DNA of 38,029 nucleotides. Source: a virus. Its lineage: Duplodnaviria > Caudoviricetes. The first letter of the stretch is position 1. Each line of letters opens with the position of its first letter. A program made the translations under genes and the position numbers. The notes under the pieces were generated by a model. That model worked only from the letters and a program-made list of their open reading frames with translations, searched no databases and was not told where the DNA came from. The stretch is taken from positions 1 through 38,029 of IMG/VR virus record IMGVR_UViG_3300042318_000047. One strand, given 5' to 3'. Below, piece by piece: positions 1 to 8,382 of the stretch.

Positions 1-260
1 CTCGAATTCTTGAGCAAGCCCGTGAAGACCTGATTGTGAGTTTCAGCACAGCATATGTTGGCATTCAAGTTGATGCTGGCGATGTGGTGACTGTAACCAA
101 CTCATCTTATGGCTGGACAAACAAGCCGTTCAGGGTAATGCGGGTGTCTGAAGTGTCTTTGCCTGATGGTAATCTTGGCGCATCGTTTGAGTTAAACGAA
201 TACAACGCGCAAGTGTATGACGATCAAGACATTACAAAGTACATTCCAGCCCCTAATTCA
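1..260 (+). repeat. Terminal direct repeat, copy 1 (circular-assembly overlap)
   Basis: 1-260 aligns without gaps to 37770-38029; first 127 nt identical, then 13 third-codon-position differences by hand alignment. Confidence 0.95.
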
Positions 261-2099
261 GACCTACCTGACCCATCCTACTTTGGCCCTATTCCAGCGC
301 CTACAGTGGCTTCTAGCTTCCCTTCTGCTGTTGTTCCTAGCTTTAACGTGCAGCCTTCTATGGGTACTGCCAGTTTTGCAACCTATGCCGAGATTTGGTA
401 TTCAGCGTTTTCAACACCTACGGCAACGCAAATACTGCTAGGTGGCACAACATCTCTGCCAAGCAACGGTGTGCCTTTTGCTGTTGGTCAAACATTGCCA
501 ACAGTTAACCTTGCAATTCCAGCAGGTAATTGGTATCTGTTTTCTCGCTTGGTCAATCCAATTGCCAACAGCGAGTATTCGCCAGCAAGCACTGTCTTTG
601 CTTGGAGGCCAACGACATTCCAATATGTAGACAGATACATTGCTGTTGCCTATGCGGATAATGCAACAGGCACATCTGGTTTTAGCTTTAGCCCTCGAAA
701 CAAAGCATATTACGGTTTGTATAACAACGTAACTGCAAACGGCGGCACAGACCCAACACTTTACAAATGGTACTTGTCACCCGTAAATTTTGGAACATCT
801 GCTGATAATTATTTGTTGTATGCCAACCGTAGCAACAGGAAATTTAGCTTTGCTGTAGGCAATGCTGGATACGTTAACCTTGGTGGTTCATTTGTTCCAA
901 GCGAAACATCTGTTTATGATTCAACAGTTTGGTCAGGACTTATTGACCCGTCTGGTGGAGTTCAAAGTTTTATTGACTTAGACCAATCAACTGGTCAAGT
1001 TATTATTAATGGATTTTCTAGCCCAAATCAGAACGATGGGTTTTTGTCTATTACCAATAATACAAGTGGACAAATGCGAGTTAACTTGCAACAGTTCTTG
1101 AATTTTGGCTCTGGTATTTATACAAAATCGTTTACTGCTGCTACATTGACTGTAGACGTTTATGGGCGTGTCGTTGGATTCTTAGAACAGGATGAATTCT
1201 TTTATACAGAAACTGTATATACAGCCACTGCTGCACAAACTACATTTAGCAATACGCATACTGTTGGTTGGATTCTAGTGTTCCGAAATGGTGTTTTGTT
1301 GGACACAAGCGAATACTCTGAAACATCAACTACTGTTGTTATGGCAACAGCTTGCGCTGCTGGTGAAGTTATCGTTGTATTTTATATGCGTGGGGTTAGC
1401 ACTGCTGCATCGTATGTTCAAACCAACATGACAATTGCGTCTAGCACAAGCAACACAATTACATATAACAATGCTCCTTGGCAAATCATAAATGTTGGAG
1501 ACAATCTAACTTTTACAGATACAGGAACACCAACGCAATATGCTGTCCAAAGCATAAACACCACAACAAAGGTGATTACGTTTACCACCACCATTGCTGG
1601 CGCAACTGCTGGCAATCAAGTGTTTATTGCACGGGCGGCTGGTTCTAGCTATGCTCCGTTTAGTCGCTATAGCGTGAGCCTAAGTTCTGCCACAACATAC
1701 ACTCCAACACTATGGGCAATTCAAAATGGTGCTGAATCAATTTATGTAAATGGTCTTCAAATTAATGAGATTGACTACAACATCACCGGACTTGCAATTG
1801 ATGGATTTCCTGCGCCTTTGACAGGAAACATGACTGTTATTTTGTTTGCGCCAAACAACTTGAACGTGCCAGCGTCAAACGTGGTTAACGTCACTGCATA
1901 CTCAACAGCAGGTCAAACAACATATCCGTTTACAAGCAATCCGTTGTCATTGGAAATCTATGCCAATGGTGCTTTACTTGCACAAGGTGCGTCATATGAC
2001 TACACTGCGAGTTCGGCAAATTACATTTTGACCACAGCATTTAACAACAATTTAACCCTTCTGAATCAACAAACTTTTGCCCGAGATGGCGCAGCATAA
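1..2099 (+). CDS. Tail tip / host-specificity protein (gpJ-like), C-terminal part; continues from 36539 across the contig junction (~1109 aa in total)
   Basis: Frame is open from base 1 (RILEQAREDLIVSFST...) and in frame with the ORF starting at 36539 via the terminal repeat; 'GDVVTVT...KPFRVMRVSE...EYNAQVY' is typical of the gpJ-like tail-hub region, followed by Ser/Thr-rich beta domains. Confidence 0.85.
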   Translation, partial: RILEQAREDLIVSFSTAYVGIQVDAGDVVTVTNSSYGWTNKPFRVMRVSEVSLPDGNLGASFELNEYNAQVYDDQDITKYIPAPNSDLPDPSYFGPIPAPTVASSFPSAVVPSFNVQPSMGTASFATYAEIWYSAFSTPTATQILLGGTTSLPSNGVPFAVGQTLPTVNLAIPAGNWYLFSRLVNPIANSEYSPASTVFAWRPTTFQYVDRYIAVAYADNATGTSGFSFSPRNKAYYGLYNNVTANGGTDPTLYKWYLSPVNFGTSADNYLLYANRSNRKFSFAVGNAGYVNLGGSFVPSETSVYDSTVWSGLIDPSGGVQSFIDLDQSTGQVIINGFSSPNQNDGFLSITNNTSGQMRVNLQQFLNFGSGIYTKSFTAATLTVDVYGRVVGFLEQDEFFYTETVYTATAAQTTFSNTHTVGWILVFRNGVLLDTSEYSETSTTVVMATACAAGEVIVVFYMRGVSTAASYVQTNMTIASSTSNTITYNNAPWQIINVGDNLTFTDTGTPTQYAVQSINTTTKVITFTTTIAGATAGNQVFIARAAGSSYAPFSRYSVSLSSATTYTPTLWAIQNGAESIYVNGLQINEIDYNITGLAIDGFPAPLTGNMTVILFAPNNLNVPASNVVNVTAYSTAGQTTYPFTSNPLSLEIYANGALLAQGASYDYTASSANYILTTAFNNNLTLLNQQTFARDGAA

Positions 2100-2108
2100 G
2101 GACACAAC

Positions 2109-3116
2109 ATGACTCAAGCCTTTAACCTATCGCAACTTGCAAACAACCTCAACACAGCAGGTCAACTAGACGCTACTGATGGCCTTGTAAACGCTGTACC
2201 TATTGCCAATGGCGGTACTGGAGCGTCTACTGAAGCTGCTGCAAGAACAAACCTTAACGTGCCGACAAGAACTGGTAGCGATGCTTCTGGTACATGGGGC
2301 ATCAGCATTTCTGGTAACGCAGCTACGGCAACAAACGCAACCAATGCAACCAATGCAACTACTGCGGCAAACGGCGGTGTTACTAGCGTTAATAGTGCCA
2401 CAGGCGCAGTAAGCCTACCTGTTGGAAATTTCCAGCAATTGTTTTTGGCAAGTGGAACATTTACTGTGCCAGCAGGGGTGACTGCCGTATATGCAACTGT
2501 CATTGGTGGCGGTGGCGGTGGGCAAGGTGGCGCAACAGATGCTGGCGCTCAAGTTGGTGGAAATTCGTTAGTTCAAGAAGTGTTAGTTGTAGGTTTAACT
2601 CCCGGCGCAAGTATTGCAGTAACTGTTGGTTCTGGCGGCAACGGCGGTAATGGTAGTTCTTCTAGTACACCCGTTTCTGGAGCAACCGGAGGCACATCAT
2701 CGTTTGGTGGTTTTGTATCTGCAACTGGTGGTCGTGGCGGTGGCACGGGTGCAACTGCAACTGTTACAACTTCTTTTATACGAGAAACTGCGGGGTTTGG
2801 TGGAAATTTTGGCGCTGCTGGTGCAATTGTTGAAAGTTCTAATGTCTATTATGGCGGTGGCGGTGGTGGCGCTGGTTGGGCTAGTGGCGGCGGGGGTGGT
2901 GCGGCTTATTTTGCTGGTACTGGCGGTGCTGGTGGTGCTGCTTTTAACGGTACAGCAGGTAGCAATGGAGGCAGTAGTTCCAGTCTTTCATCAGGTGCAG
3001 GTGGGGCTGGTGGCAGTAACCCTAGCGGCGCTTCAGGAGGTTCTGGCGGCAGCGGAGGTACTTCTGGTGGCGGTGGTGGTGGCGGTGGTGCTGGTGCTGT
3101 ATTGTTGCGCTGGTAA
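2109..3116 (+). CDS. Glycine-rich tail fibre / virion adhesin
   Basis: 'PIANGGTGASTEAAARTNL' fibre motif, 'ATNATN' repeats, 'GTFTVPAGVT...IGGGGGG' glycine-rich domain ending 'GAVLLRW'. Confidence 0.75.
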   Translation: MTQAFNLSQLANNLNTAGQLDATDGLVNAVPIANGGTGASTEAAARTNLNVPTRTGSDASGTWGISISGNAATATNATNATNATTAANGGVTSVNSATGAVSLPVGNFQQLFLASGTFTVPAGVTAVYATVIGGGGGGQGGATDAGAQVGGNSLVQEVLVVGLTPGASIAVTVGSGGNGGNGSSSSTPVSGATGGTSSFGGFVSATGGRGGGTGATATVTTSFIRETAGFGGNFGAAGAIVESSNVYYGGGGGGAGWASGGGGGAAYFAGTGGAGGAAFNGTAGSNGGSSSSLSSGAGGAGGSNPSGASGGSGGSGGTSGGGGGGGGAGAVLLRW

Positions 3117-3159
3117 TAAATAGTGAGATAATCTCAACAAGACATGACAAGACCCGTAG

Positions 3160-3198
3160 CCCCGTGAGTACATGGGGAGCGTTAAACCTGAGTACAGG
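3160..3198 (+). promoter_or_regulatory. Twin hairpins with identical AGTA loops overlapping the RBS of the 3207 gene
   Basis: CCCCGTG-AGTA-CATGGGG (3160-3177) and CCTG-AGTA-CAGG (3187-3198); the 3' arm of the second includes the AGGGA Shine-Dalgarno-like site. Confidence 0.5.
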
Positions 3199-3206
3199 GA
3201 ACTGTT

Positions 3207-3701
3207 ATGCCAGTGTTTTCTAAGAACGTCATCAGCCAAGTCAGTGGCTTCGATTCCCCGCTTTTGTCTGGTGAACTTGTCTACAACCAACAAACCTATT
3301 GGAACCTTGCGCTCAAAACGACCGCAACGCTTCCAGCTACGCCTATCAACTTAACTGGCGCTACGATCAGCGCACAGATTGTTAGGCGAACCGTTTCCAA
3401 TCTACAGGACACTCGAACGGGATTGTCTTTTGACATTGGAAATTACACGCCGACACCGACTACGATTAATTTGACAATTTCTAATCGTGTGGATGGCACT
3501 GGTAGTTTTACTGTTGTACTTGATGACACTGCATGGTCTGTTATTGCTGGTGATCCGGGATTGCAAATTGATTTGGTTGACCCTGTGTGCTTTAGCGGTC
3601 GAGTCAAAGTCAGTTTCCCGGCAGTCGGAGGAACGCCACAGGATGATTTAATTATCTTCTTGATGTTCCTTGTCCGTTCTGATGGCATCACCAACATTTA
3701 A
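3207..3701 (+). CDS. Virion structural protein, probable fibre adaptor (BppU-like N-terminal fold)
   Basis: 'PINLTGATISAQIVRR' resembles fibre-attachment adaptors; lies between two fibre genes. Confidence 0.5.
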   Translation: MPVFSKNVISQVSGFDSPLLSGELVYNQQTYWNLALKTTATLPATPINLTGATISAQIVRRTVSNLQDTRTGLSFDIGNYTPTPTTINLTISNRVDGTGSFTVVLDDTAWSVIAGDPGLQIDLVDPVCFSGRVKVSFPAVGGTPQDDLIIFLMFLVRSDGITNI

Positions 3702-3710
3702 GGAATCATC

Positions 3711-5822
3711 ATGGGGCCAATACAAGTAGTCGTGCAAGACGGAAACAACCTTGTTCTTGAAGTAACACCAACGCCAAACACAACGGTCATTCTGGATCGC
3801 GGCATACCGGGGCCAGTTGGCCCTATGGGTGATGGTGATGTAGATGGGCCAGCATCGTCTACAGACAATGCTGTAGCTCGTTTTGATGGCACTACGGGCA
3901 AGCTGATTCAGAACAGCTTGGTAACTGTAAGTGACGCTGGCGCGGTAGCTGGTGTGACTACGCTTGCAGCCTCTGGCGCTGTCACCCTGTCAGGCGGCAC
4001 AGCCAACGGAGTCACCTACCTCAACGGCTCCAAAGTCCTGACCACTGGGTCTGCGCTGACGTTTGATGGGACAACGCTTCAAAACTCTCGGAATTCAAAT
4101 TCTGAAACTCCATTGATGCAAGTGACCAATAGCAATTCAGGAACTAGCGCATGGGCTGGTTTCCAAAGTTCAAATGGAACAGCAGTTGCCACTTTTGGAA
4201 CCATTGGAACAGGATATACACCTTATGGTGTTTTGAGCCCAAACAGGCAATTTTTGTATAGTAATGCTGCATTGGCCCTTGCTTCTGAAAGTTTTATTGC
4301 ATTCGGCGCTGGAGGTGGTGTCACAGAAGGTATGCGCCTGACCAGCACAGGTCTGGGTATTGGGACGAGTTCGCCGGGGTATAAGGTTGACGCCCAAGGT
4401 GGACCAACGGTTTTGAGATTGAAAAATTCAAACTCAACCGATAACACGGCAATTCGTTTTGCGGGGAATCAGAGCAACGCGGATTTGTATTTGATTGGAA
4501 CTAACGTCGGTTCTAATGGAACCGGGGCTAATTTCCAGTTTTATGATTTGGTAGCGGCAGCAACCCGCCTTACCCTCGACTCTTCCGGCAACCTCGGTAT
4601 TGGGACGAGTTCGCCCGCCAACAAGCTTCATGTTTTTGGGTCGGCACGAGTTGACACAAATACATACGCTGCCGGATATGCCTTGACATTCCAAGCCTCC
4701 GCAGAAACATCCAGAACCTATCAAATGGGGATGGTTACTGGTGGCAATTTTGCAATTTACGACAGTGCTGCTGCGGCACAGCGGGTTGTGCTAGACACCT
4801 CCGGCAACCTCGGCTTGGGGGTTACTCCGAGTGCTTGGAATACGGCGTCATACAAAGTATTTGAAATGCCACTGGGTTGTTCGTTGTTTTCACAAACCGA
4901 TACACCAGTTTTTACGCTTGCCTCAAACTCCTATGTCGATACCTCTTATGTGAATAGATATAAGACAACGGCGGCGGCGGCAAGTTATCGACAGATCACT
5001 GGTCAACACCAGTGGTTTAACGCCCCCTCCGGCACAGCAGGTGACGCTATTAGCTTCACCCAAGCAATGACACTGGATGCTAGTGGGAATTTGGGGGTGG
5101 GGACTACATCTCCATCTACCAAGCTGCACACTTCTGCATATGCAGCCATTAGTGCCACAATTGACCGCGTTGGTGATTTTGGGGATTCGCTTCAATTCAT
5201 CCGCAATGGCGTTTCTGGCAGCGCCTCACTTGGTCTTGCCAACAATAACACGCTTGGAATTTACACAAACAACACCGAACGCGCCCGTATTGACTCCAGC
5301 GGAAATCTGTTGGTGGGGACTACGAGTGGTGGAGACAAACTTGTAGTTGAACAAGCCGCAGCAGCTTCTGCTGCTCTGTTTAAAAACAGCAGTGGTACAG
5401 CCACTGCTCAGTGTGCAGTTGCATGGCACGCAAACACAACAGGCGATAACGTATTCCATCAGTTTTTCACTGAGACTTCTGCAACTTCACGAGGCTCAAT
5501 CTCATACAACCGCACTGCTGGCCTTGTCGCCTACAACGTAACGTCTGACTACCGAGCCAAAGACATCATCGGCCCTGTAACCGACAGCGGTGCATTGATT
5601 GATTCTGTGCCTGTTTACATGGGCAAGATGAAAGGCGCAACACAAGAGCGCCCAATGTTTATTGCTCACGAAGTCCCTGCTTACGCTCACACGGGTGAGA
5701 AAGACGCTGTGGATGCTGATGGCAACCCCGTGTATCAGCAAATGGACGCAAGCGCCCTTATCCCTGTGATGTGGGCTGAAATTCAATCCCTCCGTGCTCG
5801 CCTTGCAGCAGCAAACATTTAA
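3711..5822 (+). CDS. Long tail fibre with C-terminal intramolecular chaperone (peptidase S74-type) domain
   Basis: Five '(R)xDxSGN(L)G(I/V)GTxxP' repeats; 'TSDYRAK' autocleavage motif followed by a 'WAEIQSLRARLA' coiled coil. Confidence 0.85.
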   Translation: MGPIQVVVQDGNNLVLEVTPTPNTTVILDRGIPGPVGPMGDGDVDGPASSTDNAVARFDGTTGKLIQNSLVTVSDAGAVAGVTTLAASGAVTLSGGTANGVTYLNGSKVLTTGSALTFDGTTLQNSRNSNSETPLMQVTNSNSGTSAWAGFQSSNGTAVATFGTIGTGYTPYGVLSPNRQFLYSNAALALASESFIAFGAGGGVTEGMRLTSTGLGIGTSSPGYKVDAQGGPTVLRLKNSNSTDNTAIRFAGNQSNADLYLIGTNVGSNGTGANFQFYDLVAAATRLTLDSSGNLGIGTSSPANKLHVFGSARVDTNTYAAGYALTFQASAETSRTYQMGMVTGGNFAIYDSAAAAQRVVLDTSGNLGLGVTPSAWNTASYKVFEMPLGCSLFSQTDTPVFTLASNSYVDTSYVNRYKTTAAAASYRQITGQHQWFNAPSGTAGDAISFTQAMTLDASGNLGVGTTSPSTKLHTSAYAAISATIDRVGDFGDSLQFIRNGVSGSASLGLANNNTLGIYTNNTERARIDSSGNLLVGTTSGGDKLVVEQAAAASAALFKNSSGTATAQCAVAWHANTTGDNVFHQFFTETSATSRGSISYNRTAGLVAYNVTSDYRAKDIIGPVTDSGALIDSVPVYMGKMKGATQERPMFIAHEVPAYAHTGEKDAVDADGNPVYQQMDASALIPVMWAEIQSLRARLAAANI

Positions 5823-5840
5823 CCCCTGAAAGGACTCATC

Positions 5841-5909
5841 ATGACCATCGCATTTAACTGGACGATCTCAACCACAAACTACGATGTGGCAACAGGCTTT
5901 ATAAAATGA
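5841..5909 (+). pseudogene. Truncated duplicate of the 5' end of the 6621 gene (MTIAFNWTISTTNYDVATGFIK*)
   Basis: Own RBS (GAAAGGA); matches the MTIAYNWTITETNY start of the 6621 ORF; its TGA overlaps the HNH ATG (ATGA at 5906-5909). Confidence 0.8.
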
Positions 5910-6637
5910 AAAAGCTTTTTGTTGGCATGACGCAAGAAGATTTTGTTGCTAGGGCAACGCAAGCTCATGGCGGCAAATATGACTATTCAAAAACAAAATT
6001 TATTACTACAAAAAAATTAATCACCATTACATGTCCAACACATGGCGAAATTTCAATGACCGCCATGATTCATATACTTGGGCATGTACCAAGGTGTTGT
6101 GCAAGTGAGGCAAAAAAGGGGATACGCACCAGAAAAGATACGCCAGAGTACCTTTTGCGGAAAGCCGCCTTAGCCCAAGGAGCTATGTTTTTTGAGGGTG
6201 TTTCATGCAGGATTTGCGGTAACAAAACCAGATACTCTTGCAACAACTCTTGTGCAACTTGCGCCGTTGAATCTAGACGCAAATCAAACGCCAAAAATAA
6301 CGGCGTGCGACACCGCAGGGTTAACCAAGCAAACATTTACCGTGATGACGCTGTTGTACAGGGTCGGATACGGGCCATATACGCTTGCGTGCGGGATATG
6401 AGCAAGACGTTTGGCGCTCAATTGCACGTTGACCACATCGTTCCGCTAAGGGCTAAAAACGCTTGCGGATTGCATGTTCCTTGGAATTTGATGGTAACAA
6501 CGGCAAAATATAACCGTAGCAAGCAAAACAGAATTGACGATGTTCCCCTTGTCAAAACCAGCACCTCAGTGGTGATTCATCAATCCGCCTTACCTTGGAA
6601 CCTGAAAAAGGAAACTCAAAATGACTATCGCTTATAA
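5906..6637 (+). CDS. Free-standing HNH homing endonuclease
   Basis: N-terminal 'HGGKYDYSK...ITCPTHG' repeat, CxxC pairs, catalytic 'HVDHIVPL...CGLHVPWNL...NRSKQN'. Confidence 0.9.
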   Translation: MKKLFVGMTQEDFVARATQAHGGKYDYSKTKFITTKKLITITCPTHGEISMTAMIHILGHVPRCCASEAKKGIRTRKDTPEYLLRKAALAQGAMFFEGVSCRICGNKTRYSCNNSCATCAVESRRKSNAKNNGVRHRRVNQANIYRDDAVVQGRIRAIYACVRDMSKTFGAQLHVDHIVPLRAKNACGLHVPWNLMVTTAKYNRSKQNRIDDVPLVKTSTSVVIHQSALPWNLKKETQNDYRL

Positions 6638-6926
6638 CTGGACGATCACAGAAACAAACTATCAGACCTCTGACAAGTTTATTTTTCAAGCCCACTGGAC
6701 AGCCTCTGCCGTAGATGGCGACTACACAGCCTCCATCTATTCAACCTGCTCATGGGCCGATGGCAGTCCCACGATCCCGTATTCTGACGTTACAGAAGCA
6801 GAAGTTTTGCAGTGGGTCTGGGACAGCGGTGTGTCAAAAGACGCTACCGAAGCTGCTCTGGCTCAGAACATTGAGTTGCAGAAGAACCCTGTGACAGCCA
6901 CTGGAACTCCGTGGGGTCAAGCATGA
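6621..6926 (+). CDS. Conserved small fibre-associated protein (possible fibre assembly factor)
   Basis: 'IPYSDVTEAEVLQWVW...QKNPVTATGTPW' type protein commonly found after S74 fibres; function not established. Confidence 0.6.
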   Translation: MTIAYNWTITETNYQTSDKFIFQAHWTASAVDGDYTASIYSTCSWADGSPTIPYSDVTEAEVLQWVWDSGVSKDATEAALAQNIELQKNPVTATGTPWGQA

Positions 6927-7066
6927 ACTTGAACCTTGAGCCAAACGAAGTGCAATTCATTTTGCAGGTCTTGGGTGAGATGCCAGCGAAATCTGGCGTG
7001 TGGCCTCTGATTGTCAAGATTCAAGAGCAAGCAAAAGCAGAGGTCAAAGCAGATGACCACGATTGA
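6923..7066 (+). CDS. Small protein, 47 aa (MNLNLEPNEVQFILQVLGEMPAKSGVWPL...); paralogue of 10560-10721
   Basis: Hand-translated, absent from the ORF track; ATGA overlap with the upstream stop. Confidence 0.75.
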   Translation: MNLNLEPNEVQFILQVLGEMPAKSGVWPLIVKIQEQAKAEVKADDHD

Positions 7067-7232
7067 CAAGACTGACGCTCGGCTATCGACTCACGAAGAA
7101 GTTTGTGCCATCAGATACGACCAAATCAATGCGCGGCTCAAGCGCATCGAGGCCATCATGCTGAAGACGGCGGGGCTGATGCTAATCAGCATGGCTGGGA
7201 CAATTTTTTCTGCGGTGTGGATTCTTAAGTGA
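7053..7232 (+). CDS. Small coiled-coil plus C-terminal TM protein (XhlA/holin-like)
   Basis: 'RLSTHEEVCAIRYDQINARLKRIE' followed by a hydrophobic helix; start reassigned to ATG 7053. Confidence 0.6.
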   Translation: MTTIDKTDARLSTHEEVCAIRYDQINARLKRIEAIMLKTAGLMLISMAGTIFSAVWILK

Positions 7233-7321
7233 AAGACTGGGCCGTTAGCTTCATCGCTGCGGCCCTTCTTTGTGGGCTGGTGGTTTGGTGCGCCAAAGTG
7301 TTTGTTGAGGTGCTGCGATGA
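7229..7321 (+). CDS. 30-aa membrane peptide (MKDWAVSFIAAALLCGLVVWCAKVFVEVLR)
   Basis: GTGA and ATGA overlaps with both neighbours, filling the gap exactly. Confidence 0.6.
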   Translation: MKDWAVSFIAAALLCGLVVWCAKVFVEVLR

Positions 7322-7767
7322 TTGCCGAACTTGCCGCAGCGAACGCTGCCTTTGCTGTAATAAAAGGCGCTCTGGCTAACGGCAAAGAACTGTCTGCGCT
7401 CGGCTCACGGGTGTTTGACTACTTTGACAACAAAGCAGCGATTCAAGAGAAGGCCACCAAAAAGGGCGGCGGCAGCGACATAGAAGAATTCATGGCGCTG
7501 GAGCAGCTTAACGCTCAAGAAGTTGAACTGCGTGAACGAATGGTCTACGCTGGCAGACCGGGGATGTGGGGTGATTGGCAGAAGTTCCAAGCAGCCGCTG
7601 CCCGTAGGCGCAGGGAAGCCAAGGAAGCTGAGATCAAGGCCATCAGGATTCGCAAAGCCAAGATGGAGCAAATGATTGAGTACGTGGTGCTTGGGGTGGC
7701 CTCGGTAATTCTCTCTGCGCTGATTGTTTACGGGGTCTACATCTACATGATGTATATCAAAAAATGA
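7318..7767 (+). CDS. Hypothetical membrane-anchored protein in lysis cassette
   Basis: Helical protein with a C-terminal TM segment; translationally coupled to neighbours. Confidence 0.7.
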   Translation: MIAELAAANAAFAVIKGALANGKELSALGSRVFDYFDNKAAIQEKATKKGGGSDIEEFMALEQLNAQEVELRERMVYAGRPGMWGDWQKFQAAAARRRREAKEAEIKAIRIRKAKMEQMIEYVVLGVASVILSALIVYGVYIYMMYIKK

Positions 7768-8381
7768 GTGACGATAAGCTGAACGCCAACTCAACCTTAG
7801 ACAAGGTGCTCGGGTATGTGGACTCGCCGTTTAAACTATTTGCCATCCTTATCATGGGCGTGGTGGCGTTCTCAGGCTACTTCCTGTGGCAGAACCAGAC
7901 CTTTATGCTGGACGCCTACAAAGAGTCGAAGAAGCTGCCAGAGATCAACACGAACCGAGCCGACGACGCCAGTTCGATGCTGCTCAAAAAGACAGGTGCA
8001 ACCGTGGTGGCGGTGTTCAAGGTCAACCCTTTGTTCAACAGCCGGGTGCTGTACCGGGCCTATACCAAGGACGGCAGGGACAAGACGATTGAGGACATTG
8101 ATGTGGGTCTGTTCTCGCAAAACTCAGCCAACAATTCGGATGTGGTCAAGCTGATGACCAATGAAATACCTTGTGGGGACTACCGTTACGCTCAGTCTGA
8201 GGTTGGCCTGTGGTACTTAGAGAAGGGCGTGACGTTTACCTGCCGGGTCAGCGTACCGCCAGACTCGCATCGTTTTGTCGGGCAAGTCACTGTCGGCTGG
8301 ACAGAGCCGCCAAAAGACATTGAGCAAGTAAAATTCATGCTGGAGATCGCCAGCGCAATGCTAACCAAAAGGGGTAATTGA
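7764..8381 (+). CDS. Probable T4 gpT-like (class III) holin: single TM plus periplasmic GAF-like domain
   Basis: One N-terminal TM, then 'LWQNQTFMLDAYKESK', 'GATVVAVFKVNP', 'FVGQVTVGW' and a terminal helix; order and spacing resemble T4 holin T as I recall it. Confidence 0.5.
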   Translation: MSDDKLNANSTLDKVLGYVDSPFKLFAILIMGVVAFSGYFLWQNQTFMLDAYKESKKLPEINTNRADDASSMLLKKTGATVVAVFKVNPLFNSRVLYRAYTKDGRDKTIEDIDVGLFSQNSANNSDVVKLMTNEIPCGDYRYAQSEVGLWYLEKGVTFTCRVSVPPDSHRFVGQVTVGWTEPPKDIEQVKFMLEIASAMLTKRGN

Positions 8382-8382
8382 T

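Noticed and set aside
1-260. Biological terminal repeat (T7/T5-like DTR)
   Set aside because: It lies inside a coding gene, exact identity is 127 nt, and the HNH-terS-terL module points to cos ends near 21.1-21.2 kb.
2500-3110. GGT/GGC tandem repeats as a repeat element or array
   Set aside because: Fully explained by glycine codons of the fibre; no spacers.
3711-5822. Diversity-generating retroelement target
   Set aside because: No reverse transcriptase and no template/variable repeat pair differing at adenines was seen.
5841-6640. Group I intron or intein containing the HNH
   Set aside because: No room for an intron core, and the downstream gene has its own complete start and RBS.
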